Shown: positions 40,270 to 50,139, counted from the stretch's first letter. The stretch is 64,000 nt of DNA from Promethearchaeota archaeon (GCA_016839765.1 JAEOTP010000016.1:32001-96000); one strand, 5' to 3'. The notes: generated by a model not told the origin, from the sequence alone. Program-made: numbers and translations.

Positions 40270-41688
40270 TTAATTAAATACTGGTTTCTTATTCTGCCAA
40301 GGAGCAATTTCCTCAAAAGCTTTTGAAACTTGAAGTACAGTTTTTTCATCAAATCTTTTCCCAACTATCTGCATTCCTATAGGTAATTTTTCGCTAGACC
40401 AACCGCATGGTATTGATGCAGCAGGTAATGAAGTTAAGTTAAATGGATAAGTAAAGGGATACCATCCTGAATGCGAAACCGCTTTACCTTGGATTTTTGA
40501 AGGTCCGACACTTCCCAATTCAAAAGCAGGCACTGCTGTAGTTGGCGTAATTAAGATATCATAATTCTTAAAAAACTGATGCATTACCTCATCACAAGCC
40601 AATCTCTGAGATAAAGCAAGTTGAAGATTCATAGCAGTCATTGGTAAAGCAACTTTAATTTGTTTGACCAGACCAGGTGTTATACGATCTCTCCATTCAT
40701 CAAATTTTTTTTTTAAATCATAAGCGGTTCCAACAGTACTATAGGTATAAAATGCATTTTCTGCTTTTCTCATGTTTAAATTTACTTTTTCGGCTGTCCA
40801 ATCGAACGTTTCTAGCTTATCAATTGAATTAAGTACCGATTTTTCAACATCAGAATCTAATGCTTTTGCTAAACCCAAATCAAAGGAATAACCAATTTTT
40901 AATTTTGAAGGCTTTTCATCAAGTATTTCGACATATTTTATATTATTTTCTGGGAGTGACTGTCTGTCTCCCAGATGGGGTCCTTTCATAACATCCAACA
41001 TAAGAGCGGCATCTTTTACATATCGAGTCATTGGTCCATAATGATCCATAGTATAGAATTCAAGTCCTATGCGTGGATATTTAGGGATTCTTCCATAAGT
41101 AGGTTTCAAACCAAATATCCCACATAAACAGCTGGGAACCCTTATAGATCCACCTCCATCTGAGCCTAGCGCTAAAGGGCTGATACCTGATGCTACTGCT
41201 GCACCAGCACCACCACTTGAACCTCCAGATGTTTTTTCTAAATTCCAAGGATTTTTAGTCTCTCCAAAAATTAAATTAAAAGTAACCGTAACATGTCCGA
41301 ATTCTGGTGTATTTGTTTTTCCTAAAATTACACAACCTGCATTTTTAAGCCTTTTAATAACTACTTCATCTTCTTCAGGTATAAAATCTTCATATAGTTT
41401 AGAACCAAATGTAGTCCTAATTCCTTTAATCATAATTAAATCTTTAATGCTAGTCGGAATCCCGTTAAGTAATGGTATATCTACTCCCGTTTTAACTACT
41501 TTATCTGCTTCTTTAGCCATTTCTCTAGCTAAATCAAACGTTGGAGTACAATATGCATTTAAAATTGGATTGATCTTTTCAATTCTTTCAATAATTATCT
41601 CTGTAATTTCTTGAGAAGTTATATCTCCTTTTTTTATTGAATCTACTATATCACAAGCAGACATATAACAAATTTCTTCATTTTTCAT
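40270..41688 (-). CDS. Amidase signature family enzyme
   Basis: SIKD, GKTNTPEF, GGSSGG, GSDGGGSIRVP. Confidence 0.92.
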   Translation of the reverse strand: MKNEEICYMSACDIVDSIKKGDITSQEITEIIIERIEKINPILNAYCTPTFDLAREMAKEADKVVKTGVDIPLLNGIPTSIKDLIMIKGIRTTFGSKLYEDFIPEEDEVVIKRLKNAGCVILGKTNTPEFGHVTVTFNLIFGETKNPWNLEKTSGGSSGGAGAAVASGISPLALGSDGGGSIRVPSCLCGIFGLKPTYGRIPKYPRIGLEFYTMDHYGPMTRYVKDAALMLDVMKGPHLGDRQSLPENNIKYVEILDEKPSKLKIGYSFDLGLAKALDSDVEKSVLNSIDKLETFDWTAEKVNLNMRKAENAFYTYSTVGTAYDLKKKFDEWRDRITPGLVKQIKVALPMTAMNLQLALSQRLACDEVMHQFFKNYDILITPTTAVPAFELGSVGPSKIQGKAVSHSGWYPFTYPFNLTSLPAASIPCGWSSEKLPIGMQIVGKRFDEKTVLQVSKAFEEIAPWQNKKPVFN

Positions 41689-41917
41689 ATTTTAATACCC
41701 TAATCTTCCTAGATTATAAGATCTTTTATATTATCTTTTATATAATTATTGTGTTTTATTTAATTGTTATTAAGGGTTAGAATAGCATTAATAATAAGTT
41801 GTCATATTTTGAGAGAGAATAATATTGTGTTTAAATAAAGTATAAATTTCTCAATATACTATTATCGAATATAATTTAACATAAGATATGAAATTATAAC
41901 AAAAATTAGATGCTAAA

Positions 41918-42601
41918 TTGAAGCGTAAAAATAAAGTTATATTAGCTTTAGTATTTCTAAATGTTGCCGTTTTTTGCTTATGTACCAATGAGTATGTTAA
42001 AGCACAGACTTATTCTTTAGGAGTAAAAGAAGATAAAGAGTATATTTGGGAAGTAACTTATTTGGATTCGAGTTTATTTGGTAGAATCTTGGGTTCTGAG
42101 CCAAATTATGATGTAGGTGATAGAATAAGGGTAATTATTAGAGAAATTGTTGATGTTGAGACATATTGGAGAATAACTATAGATTGGTGGGATTATCAGG
42201 TTGATTGGGGTCAAAAAGGAACTTTTCAGAACATTCAACTATTTAAATTAGCCTTTCAATACCAACATTGCATATTTTTACCAACTCCGGTTGATGATTA
42301 CCTTGAAAAGGTTGAAGGAGAGTTTCCAACAGACTATCAAGTAGAAGGATTTAAAATATCCCAAATCTTAAAATCAGAAATAGACGAAGAATATTTGCAT
42401 GAAAGAACATATAATAATGACGGAATTCTAGTAACAGAAGCAATTTATGAATATTCTAATACAAGATTAATCGTTAAGGTTGAAGCAACATTTGCAACGA
42501 TTCCAATGGGTATATACTTTATTGGTTTCATTCTAGTTGCTGTTACAGCAATTATTTTCATTACCATGAGAAATAAAAAGTACACAATTAAAGTGTCTTG
42601 A
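41918..42601 (+). CDS. Secreted/surface protein with signal peptide and C-terminal TM anchor
   Basis: N-terminal KRKNK plus hydrophobic stretch; C-terminal IPMG + TM + RNKK. Confidence 0.75.
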   Translation: MKRKNKVILALVFLNVAVFCLCTNEYVKAQTYSLGVKEDKEYIWEVTYLDSSLFGRILGSEPNYDVGDRIRVIIREIVDVETYWRITIDWWDYQVDWGQKGTFQNIQLFKLAFQYQHCIFLPTPVDDYLEKVEGEFPTDYQVEGFKISQILKSEIDEEYLHERTYNNDGILVTEAIYEYSNTRLIVKVEATFATIPMGIYFIGFILVAVTAIIFITMRNKKYTIKVS

Positions 42602-42625
42602 ATAATATAATAATTGATCTACTTC

Positions 42626-43033
42626 TTAAAACTTAAAATCTTCCTGCCACTTTTTATATCCAATCTGCCATAGTTTTAATCTAGGTTTGTTTATCTTATT
42701 ATCAACTTGAAGTCCTGGTTGAGGATTGTCCATAACTTTCCGATAACGATGATAATATTCTTCTGCACTTGGATTTTCTTTAATGAGATTTAAAATTGCT
42801 CTTTCAGTAAAATAGAGAATTAAATCGGGTTTAATATTCGGATTAATTTTCGTTAGTTCAAGTGTATTTTCATCTTTTTTAAATAAATAATAATGTAATT
42901 TGAAATTTTCATCATCCATAGAATTTTCAGTTATGAAATATTCCCAACATGCATTAACTCTAAGATGTCTCATTAAATCTAAATTATTCGGAAAATAATT
43001 GTTTAATTCATTAAATAATTCCTCTGAATTCAT
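42626..43033 (-). CDS. Hypothetical protein, SCP2-like; paralog of 44606..45085
   Basis: PDLILYFTERAILNLI...EEY...LWQIGYKKW matches SDLELALSIKAVKKLI...VEY...LIDMGYGRF. Confidence 0.55.
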   Translation of the reverse strand: MNSEELFNELNNYFPNNLDLMRHLRVNACWEYFITENSMDDENFKLHYYLFKKDENTLELTKINPNIKPDLILYFTERAILNLIKENPSAEEYYHRYRKVMDNPQPGLQVDNKINKPRLKLWQIGYKKWQEDFKF

Positions 43034-43052
43034 AATAAACTCCCTTTCTAGA

Positions 43053-44546
43053 TCACTTAAGTTTTTCTAGATTAATTGGAGTTCCATCATAAATATATTT
43101 TCCATAAACTAATTCTTGGGGATAATATTTACATCCAGGAGGATAGGCGGAATCTTTAATTCCCCCCAGAGCAACTGTAATATCAGTGAGCATGGGTCTT
43201 GCATTAATATATATGTTTGCAGCTTCTAATTTATTTTTAAAAGTTTTTATTGTTTCTAAATTTGAGGTATAAGCTACTGCTCGCATGCCATAGTTGCTGG
43301 CATTAGCCAATTTTATTGCATCTTTTAAGTTTTCAGCCTTCGTGATAGATCTAACAGGTCCAAACGCCTCCTCTCGCCATAGAAATGGAGCTTCAGTTAA
43401 ATCTTCACACAATTCAGGCTTTATTTCTACCAGAGTTGGTTTGTAAAATAATCCATAATCTTCTCCGGTATCGATTTTTTCGGCTCCAGTATATATTTTA
43501 CAACCATATTTTTTTGCATCTGCAACCATCACTTCCATCATCATCAAAATTTTACGACTCCCTAATGGGCCAATATCGGTATTTGGATCCGTAGGGTCTC
43601 CATATTTTAATTTCTCAATTTCCTTTATTAAACATTCGATATATTCATCATAAATGTTACTATGAACAATTAGACGCTTCATTGAAAAGCATTGTTGACC
43701 AGAATTTGTGTAACTAGCCATAACGTTCCATTTCGCTACTTGTTCTAGATTTACATCATCCATCACAATCCCTGCATCATTTCCAGCACATTCAAAGAAA
43801 AAATTCTTAAATGGATGAGTATACATTGCAACACCCATTGATTTATCAACGGTTTTTTTTAAGATATTGGCGTAACGAACTAAGATGTCTTTGGCAGTGT
43901 GAGAGGAGGTAATCGTCATTAAAGTTTTAATCAATGGAGATTTAAGGAATTCATCAACAGCCCAATTTCCAGGCGCAATTACCAAATTAAGAGCTTCAAG
44001 AGCAGGTAAATTCATTTCCTCCATCATAGATTGTGCTTCTATCATAGTTAATGGACAAGCTGTGGAAGGTTTAACGATGGCTGCATTACCTACTAAATAA
44101 TTTGCCCCCCATTGATAAAGAGGAAGACTTATGGGGGTATTACGAGGAGAAATACATGCTGCTAATCCATGAGGGATATATCTTATTCTGACAAATTGCT
44201 CTCCTTCTATGCTTGTTAATGTTTTTTCTTCTATAAATTGATAATACCAGTCGCAAAATCTAAACCCCGTCATTACAATATTCAATTCCCATTCTGAATA
44301 TTTGATGGGTAATCCCCCTTCTGCAACAATTAAATCTTTTAGTTGTTTCTTTTTAAATCGCAATTTGCTTGCATAATTAGAAAGAAGTTGAGCTCTCTCA
44401 AAAAAATCCATTTCTTTTAAGAGATTTTGACTTGCATGTACTTCTTTTATTTTTTCTTGAACCGTCTCTGGAGTGTCTGCTGGTATAGTTCTTAAAACTT
44501 CACCTGTATATTTATTTTTTATTTCTAATTCTTTAATTTTTGACAT
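43053..44546 (-). CDS. Aldehyde dehydrogenase family protein (divergent)
   Basis: SPRNTP, VKPS, ECAGND, SGQQCFS (catalytic Cys), EEAFGPV, GGIKDS. Confidence 0.9.
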   Translation of the reverse strand: MSKIKELEIKNKYTGEVLRTIPADTPETVQEKIKEVHASQNLLKEMDFFERAQLLSNYASKLRFKKKQLKDLIVAEGGLPIKYSEWELNIVMTGFRFCDWYYQFIEEKTLTSIEGEQFVRIRYIPHGLAACISPRNTPISLPLYQWGANYLVGNAAIVKPSTACPLTMIEAQSMMEEMNLPALEALNLVIAPGNWAVDEFLKSPLIKTLMTITSSHTAKDILVRYANILKKTVDKSMGVAMYTHPFKNFFFECAGNDAGIVMDDVNLEQVAKWNVMASYTNSGQQCFSMKRLIVHSNIYDEYIECLIKEIEKLKYGDPTDPNTDIGPLGSRKILMMMEVMVADAKKYGCKIYTGAEKIDTGEDYGLFYKPTLVEIKPELCEDLTEAPFLWREEAFGPVRSITKAENLKDAIKLANASNYGMRAVAYTSNLETIKTFKNKLEAANIYINARPMLTDITVALGGIKDSAYPPGCKYYPQELVYGKYIYDGTPINLEKLK

Positions 44547-44605
44547 TTATCCTATTTACCTATATGTATTTCAATATAATTTCAAATTTAATTTAAAAAA
44601 GAGTT

Positions 44606-45085
44606 TTATATACTATAAACATTATCATCCTCTTCGAGAATACCAGCGGTTCGAGCAAATCTTCCATAGCCCATATCAATTAAAATCTGAGTCCTTTTAT
44701 GCAAGATAAAATCGATCCAGCCTTTTTCCTCGTCGGGATTATTAAAGAAATGGCCCAGAAGCTGTGCATATTCCACCTTGGTTTTTGTTTGGATTAACTT
44801 CTTAACAGCCTTTATTGAAAGTGCAAGCTCTAAATCAGAATCATCTGCTCGCCCTGGTCTAATTTCTATTCCATGATCATTACAATATACATTAAAAATA
44901 TCGACGGGAGATCTATTATCATAAGCTTCAATTGAATCATAAAGTGCAAAATCAAAATCTGAACCAGAAATTAAATCAGAAAAGATTTCAGGATATTTTG
45001 AAAGAAATGTAGTATATTTCTTTGCTAGGTCTGTTTTATATTTCTGTGGATCTATAATTTGACTTGTTAACTCTTCTTCTAACAT
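44606..45085 (-). CDS. Hypothetical protein, SCP2-like
   Basis: IEIRPGRADDSDLELAL pattern resembles the SCP2 beta-strand/D motif; paralog at 42626..43033. Confidence 0.55.
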   Translation of the reverse strand: MLEEELTSQIIDPQKYKTDLAKKYTTFLSKYPEIFSDLISGSDFDFALYDSIEAYDNRSPVDIFNVYCNDHGIEIRPGRADDSDLELALSIKAVKKLIQTKTKVEYAQLLGHFFNNPDEEKGWIDFILHKRTQILIDMGYGRFARTAGILEEDDNVYSI

Positions 45086-45096
45086 TGTTTTAAGAT

Positions 45097-46101
45097 CTAA
45101 TTATTACTTTTTTTTTTTTCATAAAAGTCCTTATACCATTCAATTGTTTTTTCTAATCCTTCTCTTAAGGGAGTAATTTTGTAACCTAATATTTCAATGG
45201 CTTTTTTTGAAGAATATGCTCTATGATATTTAATTGCCCTAAGTGTAGGTCGTGTTAAATAAGGGACTTTTTTATTGAATTTTGCTTTAACTTCCAATAA
45301 CCATGCATAAACTATCGTAACCCAAAATGGAAGTTTTTTTGCTTTTTTATCTCTTCCAATTTCGGCGATTAAATTTAGATATTCTCTAAATTTGATGTTT
45401 TCTCCACCAAGAATAAAACCATCTCCAAAAACATCTTCTCTATTGATTATATCTACTAATATATCTGCTAAATCGTAAACATATGAAAGGCAAGTCATCG
45501 ATTCTCCCTTTCCTGGACATACACCTAAGGGAAGAATTTTTCCCCGCATAACATCAAAAAGCATTCTTCCAAATATATTAAAATCTCCTGGACCATAAAC
45601 AATTCCTGGATAAAATATTACTACTTTTAAGCCTTTGGGTATAAATTCTTTGACTAGTTTTTTTGCTTGAAATTTTGATTTCTCATATTCCATATTAAAA
45701 TGTTCATTTTCATGAGTTTCATCAACAGGGTCTGCAGGAGTAGGACCTAAAGCAGTAAAGGAACTTACATAAAATAATTTAAGATTTTTTTCAAGGGCAA
45801 TATTAGCGACATTTTCAGTTCCCTTTACATTAATGTCATAATAAGTTGATTTCTTTTTTGCCCATATTCCCGTGTAAGCCGCAAGATGATAAATAATTTC
45901 AACATTATCTACTGCTTTATATAAACTATCGATATTTCGAACATCACCAATAACATATTCAATGTTAGTAAGGTTTTGAAAAGGAGAAGTATCACTAGTC
46001 TCTCTTATTAAAAGCTTTAATTCATGACCTAACTCATGTAACTTCTCTACCAATGGAATACCAAGAAAACCAGTTCCACCAGTCACTAATATTTTAGCCA
46101 T
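45097..46101 (-). CDS. Extended SDR, NAD-dependent epimerase/dehydratase (HpnA/DFR-like)
   Basis: TGGTGFLG, HLAA, NVKGT, YEKSK, PGIVYGPGD. Confidence 0.9.
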   Translation of the reverse strand: MAKILVTGGTGFLGIPLVEKLHELGHELKLLIRETSDTSPFQNLTNIEYVIGDVRNIDSLYKAVDNVEIIYHLAAYTGIWAKKKSTYYDINVKGTENVANIALEKNLKLFYVSSFTALGPTPADPVDETHENEHFNMEYEKSKFQAKKLVKEFIPKGLKVVIFYPGIVYGPGDFNIFGRMLFDVMRGKILPLGVCPGKGESMTCLSYVYDLADILVDIINREDVFGDGFILGGENIKFREYLNLIAEIGRDKKAKKLPFWVTIVYAWLLEVKAKFNKKVPYLTRPTLRAIKYHRAYSSKKAIEILGYKITPLREGLEKTIEWYKDFYEKKKSNN

Positions 46102-46268
46102 TTTGTAAGAAGGAATTGAGAGGTTTTAAAATTTTAATATTAGAAATTTTTTGCCTTTTAAAAGGTTAATAATACTATTAACAATTGTAATGGTTAAAAA
46201 TCTTAAAAATAGGAAAAGAGAAGAAAAAGTTTACATTATTGTGTAATATATTAAAATAGATACCTTCG

Positions 46269-46817
46269 ATGAAGAAATCTCGCTTTTTAGAAATTAGTTC
46301 ACAATTAGATTTGCCATTTCTAGAAACAAATGGAGAACTAATTCAGAAAATATTCGAAACTTTAAACCTTAGGTTTAGATTAATTAAAAATTCAAATCAG
46401 AAATTAGTTGATTTAGGCTCTGGAAATGGACAAATTATTCTTTATTCAGCTTTAAATTACGGAGTTAAATCCATAGGAATTGAAATTAATCTAGATTTAA
46501 TTAAAGAGGCAAAAATGTATATTAAGTTATTAAAAAAACAAAAATTGTACCAGCGTAAATTCTTTAGGAAAATTAAGTTTATTCATGGAGATTTTTATGA
46601 AATGGGCATGGGAGATTTTGATTTTATTTACATATATTCATTACCAACAATGCAGAAGTATTTAAAACATGTATTTTTAACAGCTAAAAATAAATCTATT
46701 ATAATATCTTATAAATATCCCTTAAATGGGTTTGATAGCTTTTTAAAACTTGCATACGAGCTAAAATCTGAATTTAAAGATCAAATAATTTCAACATTCT
46801 ATTATGAAAAAGTTTAA
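46269..46817 (+). CDS. Class I SAM-dependent methyltransferase (aKMT/FAM173-like)
   Basis: VDLGSGNG, GIEIN, GDF, IYIYSLP, IISYKYPL. Confidence 0.8.
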   Translation: MKKSRFLEISSQLDLPFLETNGELIQKIFETLNLRFRLIKNSNQKLVDLGSGNGQIILYSALNYGVKSIGIEINLDLIKEAKMYIKLLKKQKLYQRKFFRKIKFIHGDFYEMGMGDFDFIYIYSLPTMQKYLKHVFLTAKNKSIIISYKYPLNGFDSFLKLAYELKSEFKDQIISTFYYEKV

Positions 46818-46917
46818 TAAATCCTCATTCATGGAGGTTTCTTTAAAAACAGGAGAAAATTTAGATGAATCGTGCGAAGAAATTATAAGATTGATGATGC
46901 TTAATTTAATATTTTAA
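46804..46917 (+). pseudogene. C-terminal remnant of a Ras/Rab-like small GTPase gene (37 codons)
   Basis: MKKFNKSSFMEVSLKTGENLDESCEEIIRLMMLNLIF matches the G5/alpha5 pattern F.ETSAKTGENVEEAF. Confidence 0.6.
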
Positions 46918-46996
46918 GTATCTTAAAGCATTGTAGCCAATGTATATATAATATCATATCATATAATATTATGAATTTCTAAATAAGGGTGATAAT

Positions 46997-47428
46997 TTGC
47001 CAAAATTGGAAAGAAAAATAGAAATTGAATCTACTCCAGAAAAAATTTATAAAATTGTTATAGATGGTTTGAATACACCAAAATGGAATCCTATTGTAAC
47101 TGCTATAATTACGATTGAAGATGAAAAAATCCAATTAGAAACTGATATTGGAGGTATCACAATCATTAATACCGAAACTGACGAAAACAAAAGTGTTACA
47201 TGGCATATGGATAAAAGTGATATGAATTCAATGGGGTATATTTTAACTCCTAAACAGGAATCAACAGAAGTAAAAATTTGGACCGAGTTTGATAACAAAA
47301 AACTCTTGAAATTATATAAAAAGGAATCAGACTCAGTTTTAACAGGACTAAAAAATTATGTTGATTTTATTGAGAAGGGTGGAAATCCTGACCTGTATAA
47401 AAAATGGGAAGTTTTAACTACTCCCTAA
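46997..47428 (+). CDS. SRPBCC/START-fold protein
   Basis: ERKIEIESTPEKIY...PKWNP; paralog of 23592..24023; GGGTGA RBS before TTG. Confidence 0.8.
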   Translation: MPKLERKIEIESTPEKIYKIVIDGLNTPKWNPIVTAIITIEDEKIQLETDIGGITIINTETDENKSVTWHMDKSDMNSMGYILTPKQESTEVKIWTEFDNKKLLKLYKKESDSVLTGLKNYVDFIEKGGNPDLYKKWEVLTTP

Positions 47429-47527
47429 TTATATTTTTTCTTATTTTTTTTTTATTTTCATTAGTATTATTTTATTCAGTTAAAGGACGATAATTTAACT
47501 TTTTTATTTAGAATTTGATAAAGTATA

Positions 47528-47547
47528 CGTGAAATGAGTGTTTCACG
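47528..47547. terminator. Short hairpin between convergent genes
   Basis: CGTGAAA-TGAGTG-TTTCACG, just downstream of the nitroreductase stop. Confidence 0.3.
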
Positions 47548-47562
47548 AATTGATTTGACAAT

Positions 47563-48426
47563 TTAAGTTGCGTTCCAAGAGATTACATATTTTAAGCTTT
47601 CAGGTTTGATAATATCTGGATTTATGAATTCCCATCTCCCTTTTAGTCCTAATTCATTAGCAGTAAGATCAAAATGACATACGGCAATTCCTATATCAAC
47701 TCGCACAAATTTATTATAAATGGAACCTCTTTTGGAATCTGAATACTTTACAAAAAAGTGAAACATATCTCGATTAACATCCTTTAATATCCTCCATGGT
47801 TGGTTATTACCAGCTGATGGACCAATTCTGACCATTTCAAGAATCGTTTTATACTCTCCAATACTTTCTTGATTAATTGGGGTATTAAAATCTCCGCTGT
47901 AAAAGAGCTCATTCCATGATTTCCTTACTTTAGCTTTAGCTATTGATCTAATGAATCTTTCTTTCAATCTTCTTGTTGCAGGATATCCAATGGGAGTTAT
48001 AGCAGGAATTATCTCATTATCTTTAAGTTGAATCATTTTAGAAAATTGAGAACGCTTGAATGTACCACCCAGCCAGCAGGTTTTTAAGTTCATATCAGTT
48101 GCTGCTAATATCACAGCCTCAAATATATACCCATAATTCTCGAGATCGTATTTAGATTTCTCAGTGGCTCCAGCTATAAATTCCTGAGCACCCTTAATCA
48201 TTCCATAGGTACCTATCTTAATATTCTCCTCGGGATCGAATTCTGGTACACTTATTAATTGAAATCGAGAACGCCCAGATAGATTTTTAAAAGGACTTTC
48301 AATATCTTCTAATTTTAAAAGCTTATCAATTTGACTTCTTGGCTCATTTTCTATGAGTTTATTTAAATAAGTTCTCCAAGAAGTACGTTCTTTTATTATT
48401 TCAACTATTGATTTTGAAAATTGCAT
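47563..48426 (-). CDS. Nitroreductase family protein (two-domain)
   Basis: RTSWRTY, TCWLGG, GPSAGNNQPWR, VDIGIA. Confidence 0.88.
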   Translation of the reverse strand: MQFSKSIVEIIKERTSWRTYLNKLIENEPRSQIDKLLKLEDIESPFKNLSGRSRFQLISVPEFDPEENIKIGTYGMIKGAQEFIAGATEKSKYDLENYGYIFEAVILAATDMNLKTCWLGGTFKRSQFSKMIQLKDNEIIPAITPIGYPATRRLKERFIRSIAKAKVRKSWNELFYSGDFNTPINQESIGEYKTILEMVRIGPSAGNNQPWRILKDVNRDMFHFFVKYSDSKRGSIYNKFVRVDIGIAVCHFDLTANELGLKGRWEFINPDIIKPESLKYVISWNAT

Positions 48427-48502
48427 AATCTTATAATTAATACTAATGAAGTTAGTTTTGCTAAGGATTGGAATTTAATAACTTTATTTTTTATATTTTA
48501 AA

Positions 48503-48838
48503 TTAATCAGGAACACATTTATTAACTTTTAATAAGGTGTATTTTAAATATTGTTTCATGTAATATCTTTCGCTATTACAATAATCTAATTTCTGATTAT
48601 TGTTTAAATCATCGCATTTCTTTAGAAGTGTATGAATATCATTTGCCATAGTAAGATATTCTTTTTTTGCTAAATCACACTTCTGAACTAAATTTTCATC
48701 ATTTAATAAGGAGGGAAAGTCTAAATTTTCTATTTGAAATTCTCCATTTTTAACAAAAGAAGTACTTTCAAAGGATTCATCTCTTTTTAGTAGATTTTCT
48801 ACTACAGAATTATTAACAAAACCTTTTGAAATGAATAT
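48503..48838 (-). CDS. Unlisted hypothetical protein (~110 aa, probable ATA/ATT start)
   Basis: 111 stop-free codons fill the intergenic gap (IFISKGFVNNSVVENLLKRDE...KCVPD*). The first ATG is at codon 64. GAGATGA lies immediately upstream. Confidence 0.5.
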   Translation of the reverse strand: MFISKGFVNNSVVENLLKRDESFESTSFVKNGEFQIENLDFPSLLNDENLVQKCDLAKKEYLTMANDIHTLLKKCDDLNNNQKLDYCNSERYYMKQYLKYTLLKVNKCVPD

Positions 48839-48977
48839 TCATCTCGGGGAATTTTCAAATTAATGAAAATAAGATAAAAGTGGTATTTAAAAAAGAAGAG
48901 CCGTAAAGTTTAGTAGAACTAATCAAATTAAAATAAAGGAAAAAAAAGAAGATTTATTAATAAACTCTAATTTAGAT

Positions 48978-49550
48978 TTATAATTCTGAACCGCAGTTTT
49001 CACAATATCGAGCGTTTTCACGTAATTTATGACCACAATATACACAATAATTCCCTTTTTTAGGAAGAGGAGCCTCTATTTTTTTGGGAGGTGGAACAAA
49101 AGCGTCTGATTGTTTATATACAATTCCTTGCCCTAATTCAATTTCTCCGGTTTCCGCATTAAATTTATATTTGACAAATCCTTGTTCTCTTAAATCAACT
49201 AAAACTCTTAAAACTTCTTTTGGTTTAATTCCAACTTCTAATGCTATATCTTCTAACTTGTGGTTTCCTTTGAAATCTCTATCCCTTATTGCAACTCTTA
49301 TTGCTTTTTTAAATTTATTATTAGTACGAATCTGTGTAAATCCACCAATAGAAATAAAGAAAGCAGGTATAAAAAGCCAATATCCCCAATATCTCAATCC
49401 AATAAAATCTATATTGAGGGAATTTAATAGAAGAGAGATTATTCCAACAATAATAAAGGCAATAGCTACCCCGAAAGTTTCCATTGGAGCTTCATATTTT
49501 TCTTTTGAATAATATCGATTTTTTTTATCTATAGACATATTTGATTGCAC
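48978..49550 (-). CDS. Membrane protein: 2 TM + PCI-like winged helix + C-terminal double zinc ribbon
   Basis: Two hydrophobic helices; LEDIALEVGIKPKEVLRVLVDLREQGFV; CVYCG...CENCG. Confidence 0.75.
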   Translation of the reverse strand: MQSNMSIDKKNRYYSKEKYEAPMETFGVAIAFIIVGIISLLLNSLNIDFIGLRYWGYWLFIPAFFISIGGFTQIRTNNKFKKAIRVAIRDRDFKGNHKLEDIALEVGIKPKEVLRVLVDLREQGFVKYKFNAETGEIELGQGIVYKQSDAFVPPPKKIEAPLPKKGNYCVYCGHKLRENARYCENCGSEL

Positions 49551-49667
49551 GATTAATATTTTTTGATTTATTCAAATTTTTTAAGATAAGGTTATTAATT
49601 AATCAGATTATTTATTCTTTTAAAAACTACTTTAGTCCAATAATTATTAATTTTAAAAATTCTAGTT

Positions 49668-49814
49668 TTAGAAAATAAAATGGTCTAAAATTGCCACTAA
49701 AATAGGCATTATGAAAAGTAAGAGTATTTTAATGATTATTATTAAAATTTTTTTAGTTCGCCGATATTTCTTTAGAAAAATTACCTCTTGTTGTTCCTCT
49801 ATTTCTTCTTCCAC
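49668..49814 (-). CDS. Unlisted 48-aa tail-anchored membrane micro-protein
   Basis: GTG start after GTGGTG: MEEEIEEQQEVIFLKKYRRTKKILIIIIKILLLFIMPILVAILDHFIF; 15 nt downstream of 49830..50072. Confidence 0.6.
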   Translation of the reverse strand: MEEEIEEQQEVIFLKKYRRTKKILIIIIKILLLFIMPILVAILDHFIF

Positions 49815-49829
49815 TTTGTTGACACCACT

Positions 49830-50072
49830 TTAAAAATTTAACATTCTAAGGACAAAAAACGCTATATGGGCAGCGATAATAAATAATTCAAGTCCTAATA
49901 CGATGTATTTTTTTGCTTTAGCAGAGAGATGATCACTTATATTTATATTCTCAATTACTTCCCTCAATTTTCTTTTCTTCTTTAAAAGAATTATGTCATC
50001 TTCTTCTAAAATGTTGATTCCATAAATCCTTTCTATTATTTTGGATTCACTTTCCAACATTATTTCAATCAC
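49830..50072 (-). CDS. Small tail-anchored membrane protein
   Basis: Acidic then basic N-terminal part, single C-terminal TM helix. Confidence 0.65.
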   Translation of the reverse strand: MIEIMLESESKIIERIYGINILEEDDIILLKKKRKLREVIENINISDHLSAKAKKYIVLGLELFIIAAHIAFFVLRMLNF

Positions 50073-50139
50073 ATCCTATTTTTAAAGGGTTTTTATTTTT
50101 TTTTTTAGGTATGGCTAATGACTTTTTATCATACCCATG

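Noticed and set aside
40270-41688. gatA assignment
   Set aside because: No gatB/gatC neighbours, and the sequence (GSDGGGSIRVP, TNTPEFG) fits generic amidases better.
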